From Botryllus schlosseri (lineage: Eukaryota): a stretch of 64,000 nt of DNA. The notes beneath the pieces are model-generated. The model was given only the letters and a program-made list of their open reading frames with translations. It was not told the DNA's origin and did no database searches. Shown in pieces: positions 1-12,529 of this stretch. The DNA is taken from assembly GCA_051294905.1 (NCBI GenBank), contig CM119371.1:38442001-38506000 (forward strand). The letters are read 5' to 3'. Every line of letters begins with the position of its first letter. The stretch's first letter is position 1. The position numbers and the translations under genes are program-made.

Positions 1-415
1 TCAGAAGTATATAGCGGTCAAAAATCCCACGTGCCTATGTGGACACTTTTCTAATTCCTACGTGCGAGCATAATTGGATTAAAATGTTGCACTCGATGTA
101 TACCACGGTATAAGTCGGAGGTTGGGTCTGGTTTCGAGCAACATGGGTATATATTAACACCTGTATATCCGGGGTGGTACACGGGGGGATATGCATGCAC
201 ACTCTTACCGTACTCAAATGTTTCAGTTTTCCCTTCAAGTTTTTAGGGCAAAAATTCCTACATCTTTACGTTCTCAATTCTGTTAAACGGAAAGTAATTT
301 TGGAACAAGTTTGCATCACTTATATACGTACGTAGTTATAACAACAGAGTCAGATATCCCAACATCCCCGTAAAACAATATATTGTCAGAAGAGCTTCTT
401 GGAGGTACAGAACTT

Positions 416-579
416 CAATATACAATTAAATAGTATATTCATATTGAAATGAACCAGAATATTTTCGGCTGACACTCGTCAGGGGTAATACTAGTTGCTG
501 ACGATTACCCCTGACGAGTGTCAGCCGAAAATATTCGGGTTCATTTCAATATGAATATACTATTTAATTGAATATATTG
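416..579. repeat. Near-perfect short palindrome (fold-back MITE-like element)
   Basis: Arm 423-489 (caattaaatagtatattc...aggggtaat) is the reverse complement of 504-570 with a 14-nt spacer; related half-copies near 30950, 32210, 45740 and 56815. Confidence 0.85.
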
Positions 580-2772
580 TCAGCAATCATTATGGATTAA
601 TCGCGAAGATCCATCATCAATTTCGAGAGCAAGCACTTCCCAATAATTTTTTAAAGTATGCGACTCCCCGGCCACATCTACTTTTCAAAATTACGTACTT
701 GGGTACTGCTTAGACCTGTAAATATCTACTTCAAGACTAAATGTAGTTTTGTCATATGTCGAAAATACCTACTTCAGTTGAAATTGAGTAGTAAATTTTC
801 GGCAATACATCTATCACTACTTCGACCACCCATGATATCCCATTACTACTTCCAATTTCTTGTTTTTGTTCACAGGATACCGAGAGATATCAACAAATAC
901 TTTCCGTTCGTAATAATACGCAACCCACAAGTGACACGAAGACTGTGAACAGCGGATAATCAAGTTACGCACAAAGTTGACTTTATGATTAAGGCGACAA
1001 GCTTTCGCAAATTCTCGGCAGCAGGCGTCAATTGCATTCCGGCTTATCTGACACTTGAACAAATATGCGGCGTATTATAATAACTCTTTGATAATGGCCA
1101 CGTATGACGCTCAACATACTTTCCACAAGTGTTTGAAATTGGGAGATGATTCTGAATTTTCCTGTTTTTAAAATATTGTAAATCCGTATTGACGTCACTG
1201 AATTGTTTCGTCGTGATGAATTCGGGCTACAATTTCCGATATCCCGAATCTCGAACACTTCCGGATAATACAAAATGTGAGGAATCTAGAAATTAAAAAT
1301 GTTATCATCAATTCCGTTGCGGTCATTGCCCCGCAAAATTCGATGAATTCTACTCATCTCATCATTGCTGGAGTATTTGGTTGTAATAAGCTTCGATGCG
1401 AACAGATAACACATGCTCGTCCTCGCCACCCGGTAGACAGCAGGAATTATAAGACAACGCATCGCTTTATCAAGTAGGCCGGACCACGACTGTGGTACGG
1501 CGTTTAGCCTGCAACGCGACAGCTGCCGATCAAGTCAAATACAAACAGATCGTACTGGATAAATGCTAGTCTGTTCTTCAGATTACCAGACCGCGATCTG
1601 CTTTATCCATATCCTATACGGACATAATGCCATTTCATTTGTAACGCTTTTTGTGTTACTTTGTGTTCGGTGTGCGTGCCTCTCATATTTAAATTTTATA
1701 TGCCAAGGTGGGTGTTTAATTGGAATACTACTTCAAGTTTTTCAGACACATTCCTATATTTTCATTTTGTCGTCATCTTCTAGTACTTCGAAATGATGAA
1801 ATTGTTCATAAACTGAACTGATATTAAAACATGATGACCAGATCGATTTTCGGGTGTGCATTCTTCCCTGCTTTTTCCAACGGTATTATGAATTCGCGTG
1901 GAAATCATTCCAGACTTGCATTTCAAGCTCAAATACGTTACGGGTTGAACTGCTATATTTGTGATTAGTATTTTATCAGACAGACCAAGGCAATGGCATG
2001 GACGCACGGTATGCAAATATATTCCGGTAATCGACAATGGGAATGTTCTGGTGACGCTCGAAAGATACCCACGACGCCCGCGCTGTTTAAGGTACAAATA
2101 AATCACAGTAAGGCATATCATATTAATCATGATGTATCGAGGTAATGCTTCCTTTGCGGTCGCTTGAACATAATTGATATAACGACACGCCTATGGAGAG
2201 GTGTCGTATATAAGTCCGAGTGTGCGAGGACATGCTGTTTTCTATGGGTAGACATTGATAATGTGGTATAATTTGTCCCAATTGTCACGGTTTATAAAAA
2301 CTGGACCAATTGGATTTGATATAATTGATAATATTACAGTAACTTGTATGGTGACGCAGTATCCAAGCTTTCATTCGGAAATAGACGATCGTTATCTCGT
2401 TAATCACGCCGGCCGTTAATCCTTCTTCGTCCCGGGAATTATTTCTTTCTGATAACCATCACCCGCACCTTACTCGTCCCATCACTTACGTCATAAATCT
2501 CACTCTCGGGTCAACGGCAGGAAATGATCCCTCTCGCTCGTCGGTGGGCAATTCGATTCAAGATTTAGAACAGGTACTTCATATCCAATAATCTGGAGCA
2601 CAAGACGTCACGGTACACAAACCATTTCCTCCGGTTCAAATGGGAAGGAAAAAAGTGCGTCTTCTCACGTTTTAAAGTTTGTCTAAATCTTACTACATAC
2701 GGATTATATTAGAGTTAGATTTAAAAACTATAGAGTTAACTTTTGTACCACGCGAATGGACACGATAGCTAC

Positions 2773-3091
2773 TTGTTTGTTTGTGGTATTCATGGTGTTT
2801 GTCGACTACTATGTTCATTTGAACCTGGCTATTTTTTTCATTTCTATTCCGCAGCTGCCGACTTGTTGCACGGCCCACTTCTAGACTTTCATGGGACACA
2901 GCTTACACGGATGAGATGGCGAGGAGAAGCCCAGATAAATCTCCAACACTTAGGTACGAATTCTGGAATCGACCTCGGCCGGGCTCGAATTCGCAACCCA
3001 TTGGTGTTGCAGTTATGGATTTCTGTGGCATGTTTAGAGGCCAATCAGAGGAGCGGTTGGAAACCACTGATTTAACCACCAACGACTTCCC
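2773..3091 (-). mobile_element. tRNA-derived SINE, near full length
   Basis: Reverse complement matches the 5263 copy (atctcatccgtgtaagc...agaagtgggccgtgc...cggcagct); B-box-like ttcgagccc; CAAA-repeat tail. Confidence 0.75.
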
Positions 3092-3808
3092 GTAAGAGCG
3101 GTAACATTGTCTTAAACAAAACACACAAAGTATAGTGCAATTGGAGAATAGGTCCTTTTCAACTCTGAAATTATGCTTAATCGCCTCGGCAATGTTAACT
3201 TACAGCATCACTTTTACTGTTCTGTTCGGCAAGGTTGATACACGCGCGTGTATCGCGTTTCATGGTCTAGTCGCGACAGGGCGATTACGTCATTTACCGG
3301 CAAAATGGGCGAAAATCTGCGAATTGGCGAGCACCGGAACGCAAAGTCGCCGGCAGTTAAACAACGATTATTTGGACAGCAGGTGTACGAAACAACGGTT
3401 GCGTATATGAAACCCAGTGACGTTTTATGTCGTATGGCGTCGATGTCTGTGATAGCGGTATTTTTGAAGTTTTTTTCGTAAGTTTCAAAACCGTAACGTA
3501 ACTGTGAAGGTATTAGGTTGTCATGGGCGGGGATATCTCGAAAACCTTTTACTGAAACTCGATTAGACCGCTGTTAGCACTTTGACCTTCACGATAGATG
3601 TCCTTTTCGGATTGTCAATTGCTACTTTCAAACCACGATTTCAGAATTAACCATTGCTCGTTGTGGTTGCATCGTAACTGTCTGCGTTAAACGGGCTCGA
3701 TGCCGATCTACATGAGATTGACGGGATAAAACTAAGAAGCTACTAGGATCCTTACACACATAGAGTCATGATGTTAATTGATCCATATGTGGGGCTCATG
3801 GTCAGTAT

Positions 3809-4172
3809 CAGACATGGGGCGACGATTTCAACATTTCAAGTAATCGTAATCGATTATCATTGAATGAATCCGAAGTTGTCGTAATCGCAATCGATTATTT
3901 TGCTTATATAAATGGATTAATTTGTAAAATAAGCGAATGAAAACTAAAAAAACTCCAACAATTTGTTATATCATGATGTAGCTGTGCCTCAGATGTTCCA
4001 CCACTTCATCATTATGCGTTCAAGGAATCAATATAAATGAAATCGTCAATAATCGTGATTACGTGTCATTGAATCGGCATCGTGATCGACTTCTGTGAGA
4101 TTTGGCCATTATCGTCCTCATCCTCGCGGGGTTCTGAAATAACCATGATGGCAATCATATTATCCAATGTAG
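3809..4172. mobile_element. Degenerate MITE of the CAGACATGGGG/(GTAATC)n family
   Basis: Starts cagacatgggg followed by gtaatc repeats, as in the 50155 element; right end decayed. Confidence 0.55.
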
Positions 4173-5262
4173 TAGCGTACTTTTGGTAATTGCGCAATAC
4201 GAACATGGTTAATAAAGAGCATCGCAATATTGCATTCAATCAAATTAAAACAAAAATTATTGTATACCCAATATATCTTTGACGTATTTAGAATATCGTG
4301 GCGATCGAACCACCCTGATTTACTTCATCGCAAGTGAATACGTCTACAATTACACACGCCATCACTGATTTACTCGATTGCATATCGCAGATCATGGTGA
4401 ATCGTCCAAATCATATGATGCGAGCGTAATCTTATAATAATATTCATAGGAAGTCACAAGTATCTGAATATTACGCCTAAAATATAAAAATAATTAGGAA
4501 CGATTGAACCAAATATACCCTGATATGAAGATACTTAATACAAATTCTTTTTTTCGTGCCACGTTTTGACCTAATAGCATATTCAGATACGTTGAATCTT
4601 CGAGTGAATATTACGGGTCATTATTTGAGTAGAATATCACGATTATGATACAGCTCCTTTGAACCACGGGGTTAGAACTGCAAAAATATTTAAATTTGAA
4701 TGATATACCGTATAATTTGAATACAGTCCACAATAGCATTTATAATTACGATTCACAAATACTTGAAACTAGCTAATATCGATTACTTAAACGCATTCCT
4801 AGTATAGCGGGTATGAATTCTTTGTAGTCAACGGATGAATAGAGCCACAGTATCTCGATTCCAATCCGCACGATTGTAACCGCAGTGGCCGATCAAACTC
4901 AATCTTATCACCGGCGGAATGCGAACATATTGTTCACGGAACAAAAGGGAAGACCGCCGAGTCTGAATACTGAATAGTCGATGGTATAATTCGCACATTA
5001 CGATGTCAATCGCCATTTTGCGGTAGATAGATTAATCGCTATGAGTCCTTTCACTCCGTTTATGACAGCTTATTGTGGTTAATTCTGCGCGTAAATTATA
5101 ATACCGGGAATATTGCATTTTATCTTCAGCGATACAAATGCCGACACGTCTTTGTTTGTCGTTACTAGCAGCATTGAAATACAGCGGTTCGACTTGCAAT
5201 CGACCCAGTAATGTTTATTGTGTCATTCTTGAAAAGTTCCGACATTGTTCAATGCCTCCTTG

Positions 5263-5505
5263 CGGTGGCGAGATAGCGCAGTGGTATAATCTACATCTGC
5301 AAGACTAATGGGTTGCAGGTTCGTGTCCGACCTAGGTCTACTCCAGAATTTGTACATAAGTTTCGGAGATTTATCCAGGCCCCTCATCTCATCCGTGTAA
5401 GCGGTGTCTTATAAGATCCTAGAAGTGGGCTGTGCTACAATTCGGTAGCTACGGATTAAAATTAAACAAAATTGGCCTGGTGTAAATGACCATATTAGTC
5501 AGCAA
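5263..5505 (+). mobile_element. tRNA-derived SINE, full head
   Basis: A-box-like TAGCGCAGTGG and B-box-like GGTTCGTGTCC, followed by a body shared with about 6 other copies in the window. Confidence 0.8.
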
Positions 5506-7212
5506 GGCAAATGTTCCCCAAATTTGAATCATGGCGTATTTCTGTTAGATTTTAATTATTGTCAGTCCTATATTTGTGCTGAAAAGCGATACATAAACGG
5601 ATCTGTGCTGCGCTGTCCTATCTTATTCATTGACATTTAGTAATCGAATCTAGACTTCGTAAGTAGCACACAGACTACAGAATTATCAGCTATATTTAGA
5701 TGGACATGTGGTTTCCAATCCAACAGAGTAGCCTAACCACTTGTACATGTCTTCAAAATTGTAACACCGACAAAAAGTTATTTCCAGTTCTTTCCTATAA
5801 ATAATTTGAGATCAACTACTCGAAATAACACGAAAACGGAACAGATGAAACTCAGAGACACGTAAAAGAACATATACTTACAAGCAAATGCAAGTATCCA
5901 TTCTATGTTTAATTCTCACACTTTGTGACAATGAAAATGTCATGCCCCGCACCCTATAATATAGATTTGAATCATGTAGTTCGCTACTATTCGTTAAATC
6001 CTCTTAACACGGAATAGAAATCAATTCCACAAGCATTACCCTGACACAGTGCTTTCTAATTTGTTGAAATGCACAGGGAAGTGTCTATCGTTTGACATTC
6101 ATTCTCTTCACACGATTAACGCGTGCTGAACGTAGCATGAATGTGAAACTGTGAGAGCGAGCAACCTAGCATTATCAAACTATACTCCCATCCTAACCAA
6201 ACAAGACAAGAATACACTCTTCCAATCACAGCCGATGTTGTGTCTTGTATCAAGGTCATGTGAACTGGAACTCGGCGTAAATCTAGTGACGCGAAGTAAG
6301 CCATGCGGCCGTCTATTACCCGGCGTTTAATTGTGAAGGTCTGGAAGGTGCAATTTGGAATGTGTGCGTTATTCAACGAAAATTACCTGCGTTAAGATTC
6401 TAATTGCCTGGGAAATGGTGAAAGGGAGCTATTGAATCCGTGAGTGTTTACGCTGACAATTGGTAGGTGCATGCTATAATAATGCGCTCCGTCCGTACAG
6501 TTCGCGGAAATGTGCATTCACCGATCCTTTATCGCTGCGCCACAATGACAGGGCATAGCTTATATTAGCCATATAATGAAGTCTTTTCAAAGTTTGTACA
6601 CAGATTATAAACAAAAGATGGATTGATGATATCACAGTGCAAAGTTATATCTTATATATAATTTATATGCCTTGTTTTACTTGTCCGAAAGTGTTGTCAG
6701 TTCGGGGAGCAATGCATTGAGCATTCAGCTCGCAACAGCATTAAAATAGACACTTCAACTTGCAACCCTCGAGTGTGTGACTTCACAACCCCAAAACCAA
6801 CCGCTATTTCAACCATAACGCCGAACTTGTATCCCTTACCCAATGCCTGATGCTAACAAGAGACGCACCAGTATCAGTAACAGTTTAAGAAAATAATTTT
6901 ATCATTTTCAAACTCCGCAAAACTGCGATACCACGAAAAGATAGGAGGGTTTCGAAACTGTTTGGAGTGATCTGTTAAAGCAGGGGTGGGCAAGATCCGG
7001 CCCGCCGACAGTTTTCCGTCTTCCATGATAATGTGGCTCGCAGCCCCAGTCTTCCGAGATTCCCCACTACTTGCTTACATTCATCAAATATTAGTGACTG
7101 TATGTTATTATACACATGTATGCGCAGCGAGCGAGGGCAGAGCTTACGCGTAAGTTCGTCGAAGCGAGAAGACTTTCATTATCGGCATTTACGATGTACT
7201 CAACCCTAATCG

Positions 7213-7346
7213 TCGCATTTGTGGTAATCATGGTGCCTGTCGACTACAATGGTCATTTACACCACGCCGATATTTCTTATTTTTGATTCCGTAACCGCAG
7301 ATCTGTAGCACGGCACACTTCAAGCCTTTTGTAAGACACCGCTTAA
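7213..7346 (-). mobile_element. 5'-truncated SINE copy
   Basis: gtggtaatcatggtgcctgtcgactac...gtagcacggcacactt matches the SINE 3' half. Confidence 0.65.
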
Positions 7347-7572
7347 GCCAGGGGTCGCCAACTCAAAACGGGTCGCGGGCCACTTTCAAATTCCGAGGCC
7401 GCGGGCGGCATGAATTCATTATCGAAAGAAAATAGGCCACACAGTTGAACAAGCACGCTATCTCGTCAAGTACTAAACCCTAATGAATTGATATTTGGTA
7501 AATTTGGGGTACCGATCTTATCGAACGCATTAAAATCTTCATCGAGGATGGCACAGTGTGTTGATTGATCAG

Positions 7573-8427
7573 TAGGGCGGTTTTTTTTTGACATGTCAAA
7601 ATTTGTCAGAATTTTGTCAAAATTGTAGCGTTAGGTCAAAATTTGTCAAAATTTTTCATGAAGTCAAAATTTTTCTGACGTCTGCATTTCGTTCGTATCG
7701 GTGAACTTATCATTTGATATTTTACAGCTTGTAGCCTATTTTATAGGCTTACCGTTGTAAACGGCTAATTGTCTGCTCATTGTGAATCATAAACGGTCAT
7801 AAAACAAATAGGTAAACATGGTGTTATGGTCAACGGACCGCAATATCCTAACTGAAGAAAGACTTCTTGCGCATTGCATCATTGTTATATTAAGAAGCGC
7901 TTGATGAAAAATTGTGATGTAGACAACATTGTCAGAATGAAGCAACACGGTGTGTCACCAGTAGCGAACGCACAACTGGAGTGTTGTCATTGTCAACCAA
8001 CAACTGCTGCTGTTGAACGTCCTTGGCAAGCTTCTTAGTAAGGATATGCACTTTCTATCCAAGAATGTAGGAAAGTATCTCTCGTTGTACTACGAAATGT
8101 TTTAATTGTTTCTATCAATACATATTGTAACCACTGGAATTCTTCATAGGGTCAGATTTCGTTAAAATATTGTTTTTTTCGTGTAAAAGGTTGCCTGTTT
8201 CTAAGCCAAAAGCGTTTTTTCATGCAAAACTACTTCGTTAGGACAGTCAGTTCCAACCAGAAATGAAGATAAGTGTTACAATTTTAACATTATGTGGGAA
8301 AACACGTAATTTGCATACGTTAAGTCAAAATTTGGTCAAAATTCAGTTTGTTTAGGTCAAAAAAAGTCAAAATTTTGATTTTTTAGGTCAGAATTTTCCT
8401 TTTTTTAGGTAAAAAAAAAACGCCCTA
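7573..8427 (+). mobile_element. Non-autonomous hAT element (TAGGGCG TIR, GTCAAAA subterminal repeats) with transposase C-terminal remnant
   Basis: TIRs tagggcg / cgcccta; perfect TSD ttgatcag; internal CQPTTAAVER motif near 7990. Confidence 0.9.
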
Positions 8428-9589
8428 TTGATCAGAGACAAGCTGACATGGCGGCGCCTGTATGACAATGCTGTTCTCAAATCCACATTGTCTTCGTCAT
8501 TATTGGCGAGAAATGGCTTTAAAGTTACATTGCCGTCGTTGAAATACATTCATTAAATGCGATTTATTCCTTGTATATGTGGATAAATGGGCGAATAATG
8601 TATCAATTCAGCAATCCGGCCCGTCAAGTACTTAATTATCCTATATCCGGCCCGCCGACTGGAGAAGTTGCCCGCCCCTGTGTTAAAGCATACACGAAAT
8701 TGGCCCAGGCATGCCTCAAAGTCGCATTTCAGCATGGTACACGCTCATATGTCCGCGCATAGCACTTGGAGATGTGCAATTTATACGCTTCGACATTACC
8801 ATTAATTTTGTCTTTGTTCCAAAATAACTGCTCTTGATAGAAATAACTGTCGGCCAACGCACCGATAAAGATTCGTCTCTCTCTCCCTCGATCTCCAATG
8901 ACAATAAATAGAGTGCGAGTTCAAACCTACCGCGAGAATCAAACAAAAAAGGTTACAATGCATTGTTGACAAATTCACTTCAGTTACAACAGAGCAATCT
9001 GTCAACTTTCGATTACGGAATTTCAAGTTAGGCGACTCGTATTACCTTGCTTCAAACATTAGCGTCGGTGTCAAGTAGCTTGTTCAGATTCCAGCGGTAC
9101 GCGAATGGTTTGGAGAAAAGAGAGGTTCGAAACCCGACAATTAACGTCTGGGGATTTCCTCTTTGCAACGCCGCTTCTTTGGAAACGAAACTGTACTCCG
9201 CGTTTTAAATGGCGAACTGATGTCGCTTTCCATATGGGTTGCACTAAAGATAAGCTCATCACGAGTACTTAAATCCAGACGCATATTCATGAAATAATTC
9301 ACCCGATGCGCAAGAGACAAAAGTAAAAAGTTTAATCGGGTTTCGGTTTTAAAGGGAGTGCACTAAATACTAATCTGCGTTCGAGATTGTATACGGGACA
9401 ACGATCTGACATTTCGACTACGTCTATCGCAGGGGTTCCGAAACTTTTTAATGGCGGACCCCTTCAAGTTTTCTATGCGGTCATGTGTACCCCCATAATA
9501 TTACAGAAGCTGGTGACTTTGAGACCAAATATGGATTTTGACTATTGGTTATTTGATGTCTAGAAACTTACCGGTTGGCTATAAAGGTC

Positions 9590-9900
9590 ATCATATTTAC
9601 CTCAATTCAATTTAGGCTATTCCATGTGTAAATTAACAACTACTAACTGTACATTCCTAAAGCATAATCTGGTTTTGTCATTTCCTGATGTATTTAAACA
9701 TTGTCCTTTCACGTAAACCGTAGAACTACTTCTTGGGCGCCTACGGGAGCCGTGCAATATATTCTAAGAACCCATAGTATATAGAAATTCCCGATGGCTT
9801 GTCACTTTGTGTTATATCTTGATAATTTCCATCTCTTGTGTAATATGCATGCTATTTCTACAGGATCAAGTTTGATGTGTATTAGTTTGTTTGATTAAAA
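9590..9900 (-). mobile_element. Possible decayed LINE (CR1/L2-like) ORF2 3' end
   Basis: Broken frames give VEIACILHK, DKTRLCFRNVQL and TWNSLN, resembling the post-RT C-terminus of L2/CR1-group ORF2. Confidence 0.35.
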
Positions 9901-11720
9901 GGCTACTATAGGTCGCTTAGATTCCTCCATATACTTTTAGTGTATTTCAATCAGGTAGAGTAGAGATTTGAAAATATGAAATGCTGGATAAAAACTGAAA
10001 TGAACTGAACAGATGTGTGAAGAACAACGAAGCATTGTCACGTTGGTTCGCACCGTAGGCATTATCAGCGTAAAAATGCATTAAAGTATTTCAAACTTCG
10101 TCATTTAATTCGAATGATGCCCGAAGAAGTCCTATTTCTTTGTAAATGTCCTGAAATACGACGGATAACTTTTTGTTGTTAGCGTTGGAACGGATGCGAG
10201 ATCGGAAAACCGAATTCAAATCTCAGGAGAAAGTTCGATTCATTACAAATCGACTAAGACTTCGCTATTTGAGCCGATGTCGAATTCTGACCGACGTGTC
10301 AGTAAATTCCCCGTAATCGCTCCGTGGACCAATTGTCGCCGTGGAATCAAAGCTGGTTTGGTCTATTTAAAAAGAAATTGAAGACCATATGTCGAATTCT
10401 GACAAATCAATTTTTTGTAAACTTGGTCATGGTTATTGTCCCATGGTTTGAAAATGTGGTCGAAAGAAATGAAATCTTGTCAAAAACATCATTTTCTCAA
10501 AACGTATACAATGCAGAAGCGCGTCTGATTCCACCGCGACGATGTACGACGCATTAGAGATGGTAGCATGCACAATTTCCGTGTATGACACGTAATCATA
10601 TCATTTCAAGTTTGGGTTAGGGTTGGGTACACCCAATCACTTCTCGTAATGCAACTCTAATGCATAAAACTCGGCTCTCGATTAGAATTCGGCGTTACTG
10701 CATGAATCATAGCTGCTTGTTCTTATCAAGCGTAATTACTTCCCGTGCGGTTAAGGCGTGCACGGCAAGTTTCTTTAGACGCACCGCAAGCAATCTGTTC
10801 TAAAAACAAACGCGTATCTCTTCGTCTGCAGCGTGTATGGGTTGAAGATAAGATGCAAGTAGCGCAATTCTCATTTCCTCTTCTTCTTTTCGCACAAATC
10901 AAACCATTATTTGCAATACCGTGTTGTCGTCTATACAAAGAATATTCTCGTTACATCCTACAAGCATCAGAGCTGGAGTTCCCATCCATGGCAATTGTAA
11001 TAATTATGTTTTGTCAGTCAGCGATAACTGCAACCTTTCACACCGAGTTTATTTGTTACGGACATGCCGCTGTCCATTTTCTCCTTGAAACTTGAGTAGT
11101 ACGCCGCATTCGTTTCGTTAATTTGAATGGATTGTGTTTCAAATTCTATTTTTAGACAATTCAACAAGCATGCACTTGAAAACGACATTTTTCGCTCGCC
11201 TTAATTTGAATTTAGTCGCCACTGGCCGTTGCCCGGATTCTTGACCATAGAAGTAAAGAAATGGGCAAAGTGAGAATCGGGTTGTATACACGAAGAAAAT
11301 TCGTCAACTACTGCACAAATATTCACACATGTAGTTGTTGTCTAGCCAGTTGGACATGCATCAATATCATTACGGCTCTACGGGCAATAAAGCTATTGCA
11401 AAATCCTACAAATACAAAAAAAAAATCAGGATAAACAAACAATCGCCAGTGATTAAGTCAGTGGTTGCCAAGTGGGCTTCCAGCGTCCCCTGAGGGTGTT
11501 AGCGACGTCGACAGGGGTGCTAGATACAAACAGGTCGGTTGATGGGCGCTGAGAGCAGAAGGGAGCGTTGTGCACTATAAAATTCAGTGTGCTAAATCCA
11601 TGATTATTATCTATATTTGTACACTAAGAACGATGGTCACGTCGTTCGCTGTTTTACAAGGCTCATTCAGTCTGAAATCGTAGCCAACGCTTTCCATAGA
11701 TGTTCATTGAGTCTTATAAC

Positions 11721-12529
11721 TAGGGCGATCTTTTTTTGTCATGTCGAAAAAAGTCATAATTAGGTCAAAATTGAAGCGTTAGGTCAAAAAATGTCAAAAT
11801 TGTTTACAAAGTCAAAACCTTTTTGTAACCTGCATTTCGTTCCTATCGTAGATTTTGCACTGTTGATGAACTTATCAGTTGGCATTTTACAGCTTGTAGC
11901 CTACTTTATAGGCCTTTGTAGGCGGCTCATTGCCTGTTCGTTGTGAATCATGAACGGTCAAATGAAACAAAGAGGTTGACATGGTGCTATGCTCAACGTA
12001 CCGCATTATCCCAACTGAAGCAAAACTGTGTCCCGGGCATTCCATGGTTCTTATATCATGATGCGCATGATGAAAAATTGTGATGTAGACACCATTGCTA
12101 GAATGAAGCAACACCGGCAGTGTACGCACAACTTCAGTGTCGTCAGCCAACAACTGCTGCTGTTGAACGTTCTTTCTCCATTCCTGGCAAGCTACTCAAT
12201 ACAGAGGGATATCTTCTATCCGAGAATGTAGGAAAGCATCTTTCGTTGTACTATAATTTTTTTTAATTATTTCTATTATAATGCGTGATGTAACGACTGG
12301 AATAGGGCCGGATCTCATTAAAATAAAGCTTTTTCAAGTGAAAATTTGTCAGTTTTTGATGCAAATTGTTTTTTCAGGACATTCTACTTCGTAAGGACAG
12401 ACACTTCCAACCAGAGAGGATGACAAGTAGTACAATTCTAACATTATGACTTTGAAGTAAAAAAAATGTCAAAATTTTGATTTTTTAGGTCAAAATCTTT
12501 CATTTTTCAGGTCGAAAAATATCGCTCTA
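11721..12529 (+). mobile_element. Second copy of the TAGGGCG/GTCAAAA hAT element
   Basis: TIRs tagggcgat / atcgctcta; TSD cttataac/cttttaac; colinear with 7573-8427; encodes QPTTAAVERSFSIPGKLL...SENVGKHL, resembling the hAT dimerisation region. Confidence 0.9.

Larger units (their letters stand above)
6981..8680. mobile_element. hAT-type MITE (CAGGGGTGGGCAA TIR) with nested insertions
   Basis: TIRs caggggtgggcaa / ttgcccgcccctg; perfect 8-bp TSD tgttaaag (6973-6980, 8681-8688). Confidence 0.9.

Noticed and set aside
2488..2591. Minus-strand exon-like segment (ctccag| ... GAC|GTAAGT)
   Set aside because: Stop codons in all three frames and no partner exons found; cannot be supported as coding
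5263..5335. tRNA gene
   Set aside because: A and B boxes are present but the cloverleaf stems are poor and the sequence continues into a multi-copy body, so it is a SINE head
10611..10628. Telomere-like tttgggttagggttgggt
   Set aside because: Only one exact TTAGGG unit; too short for an interstitial telomeric array
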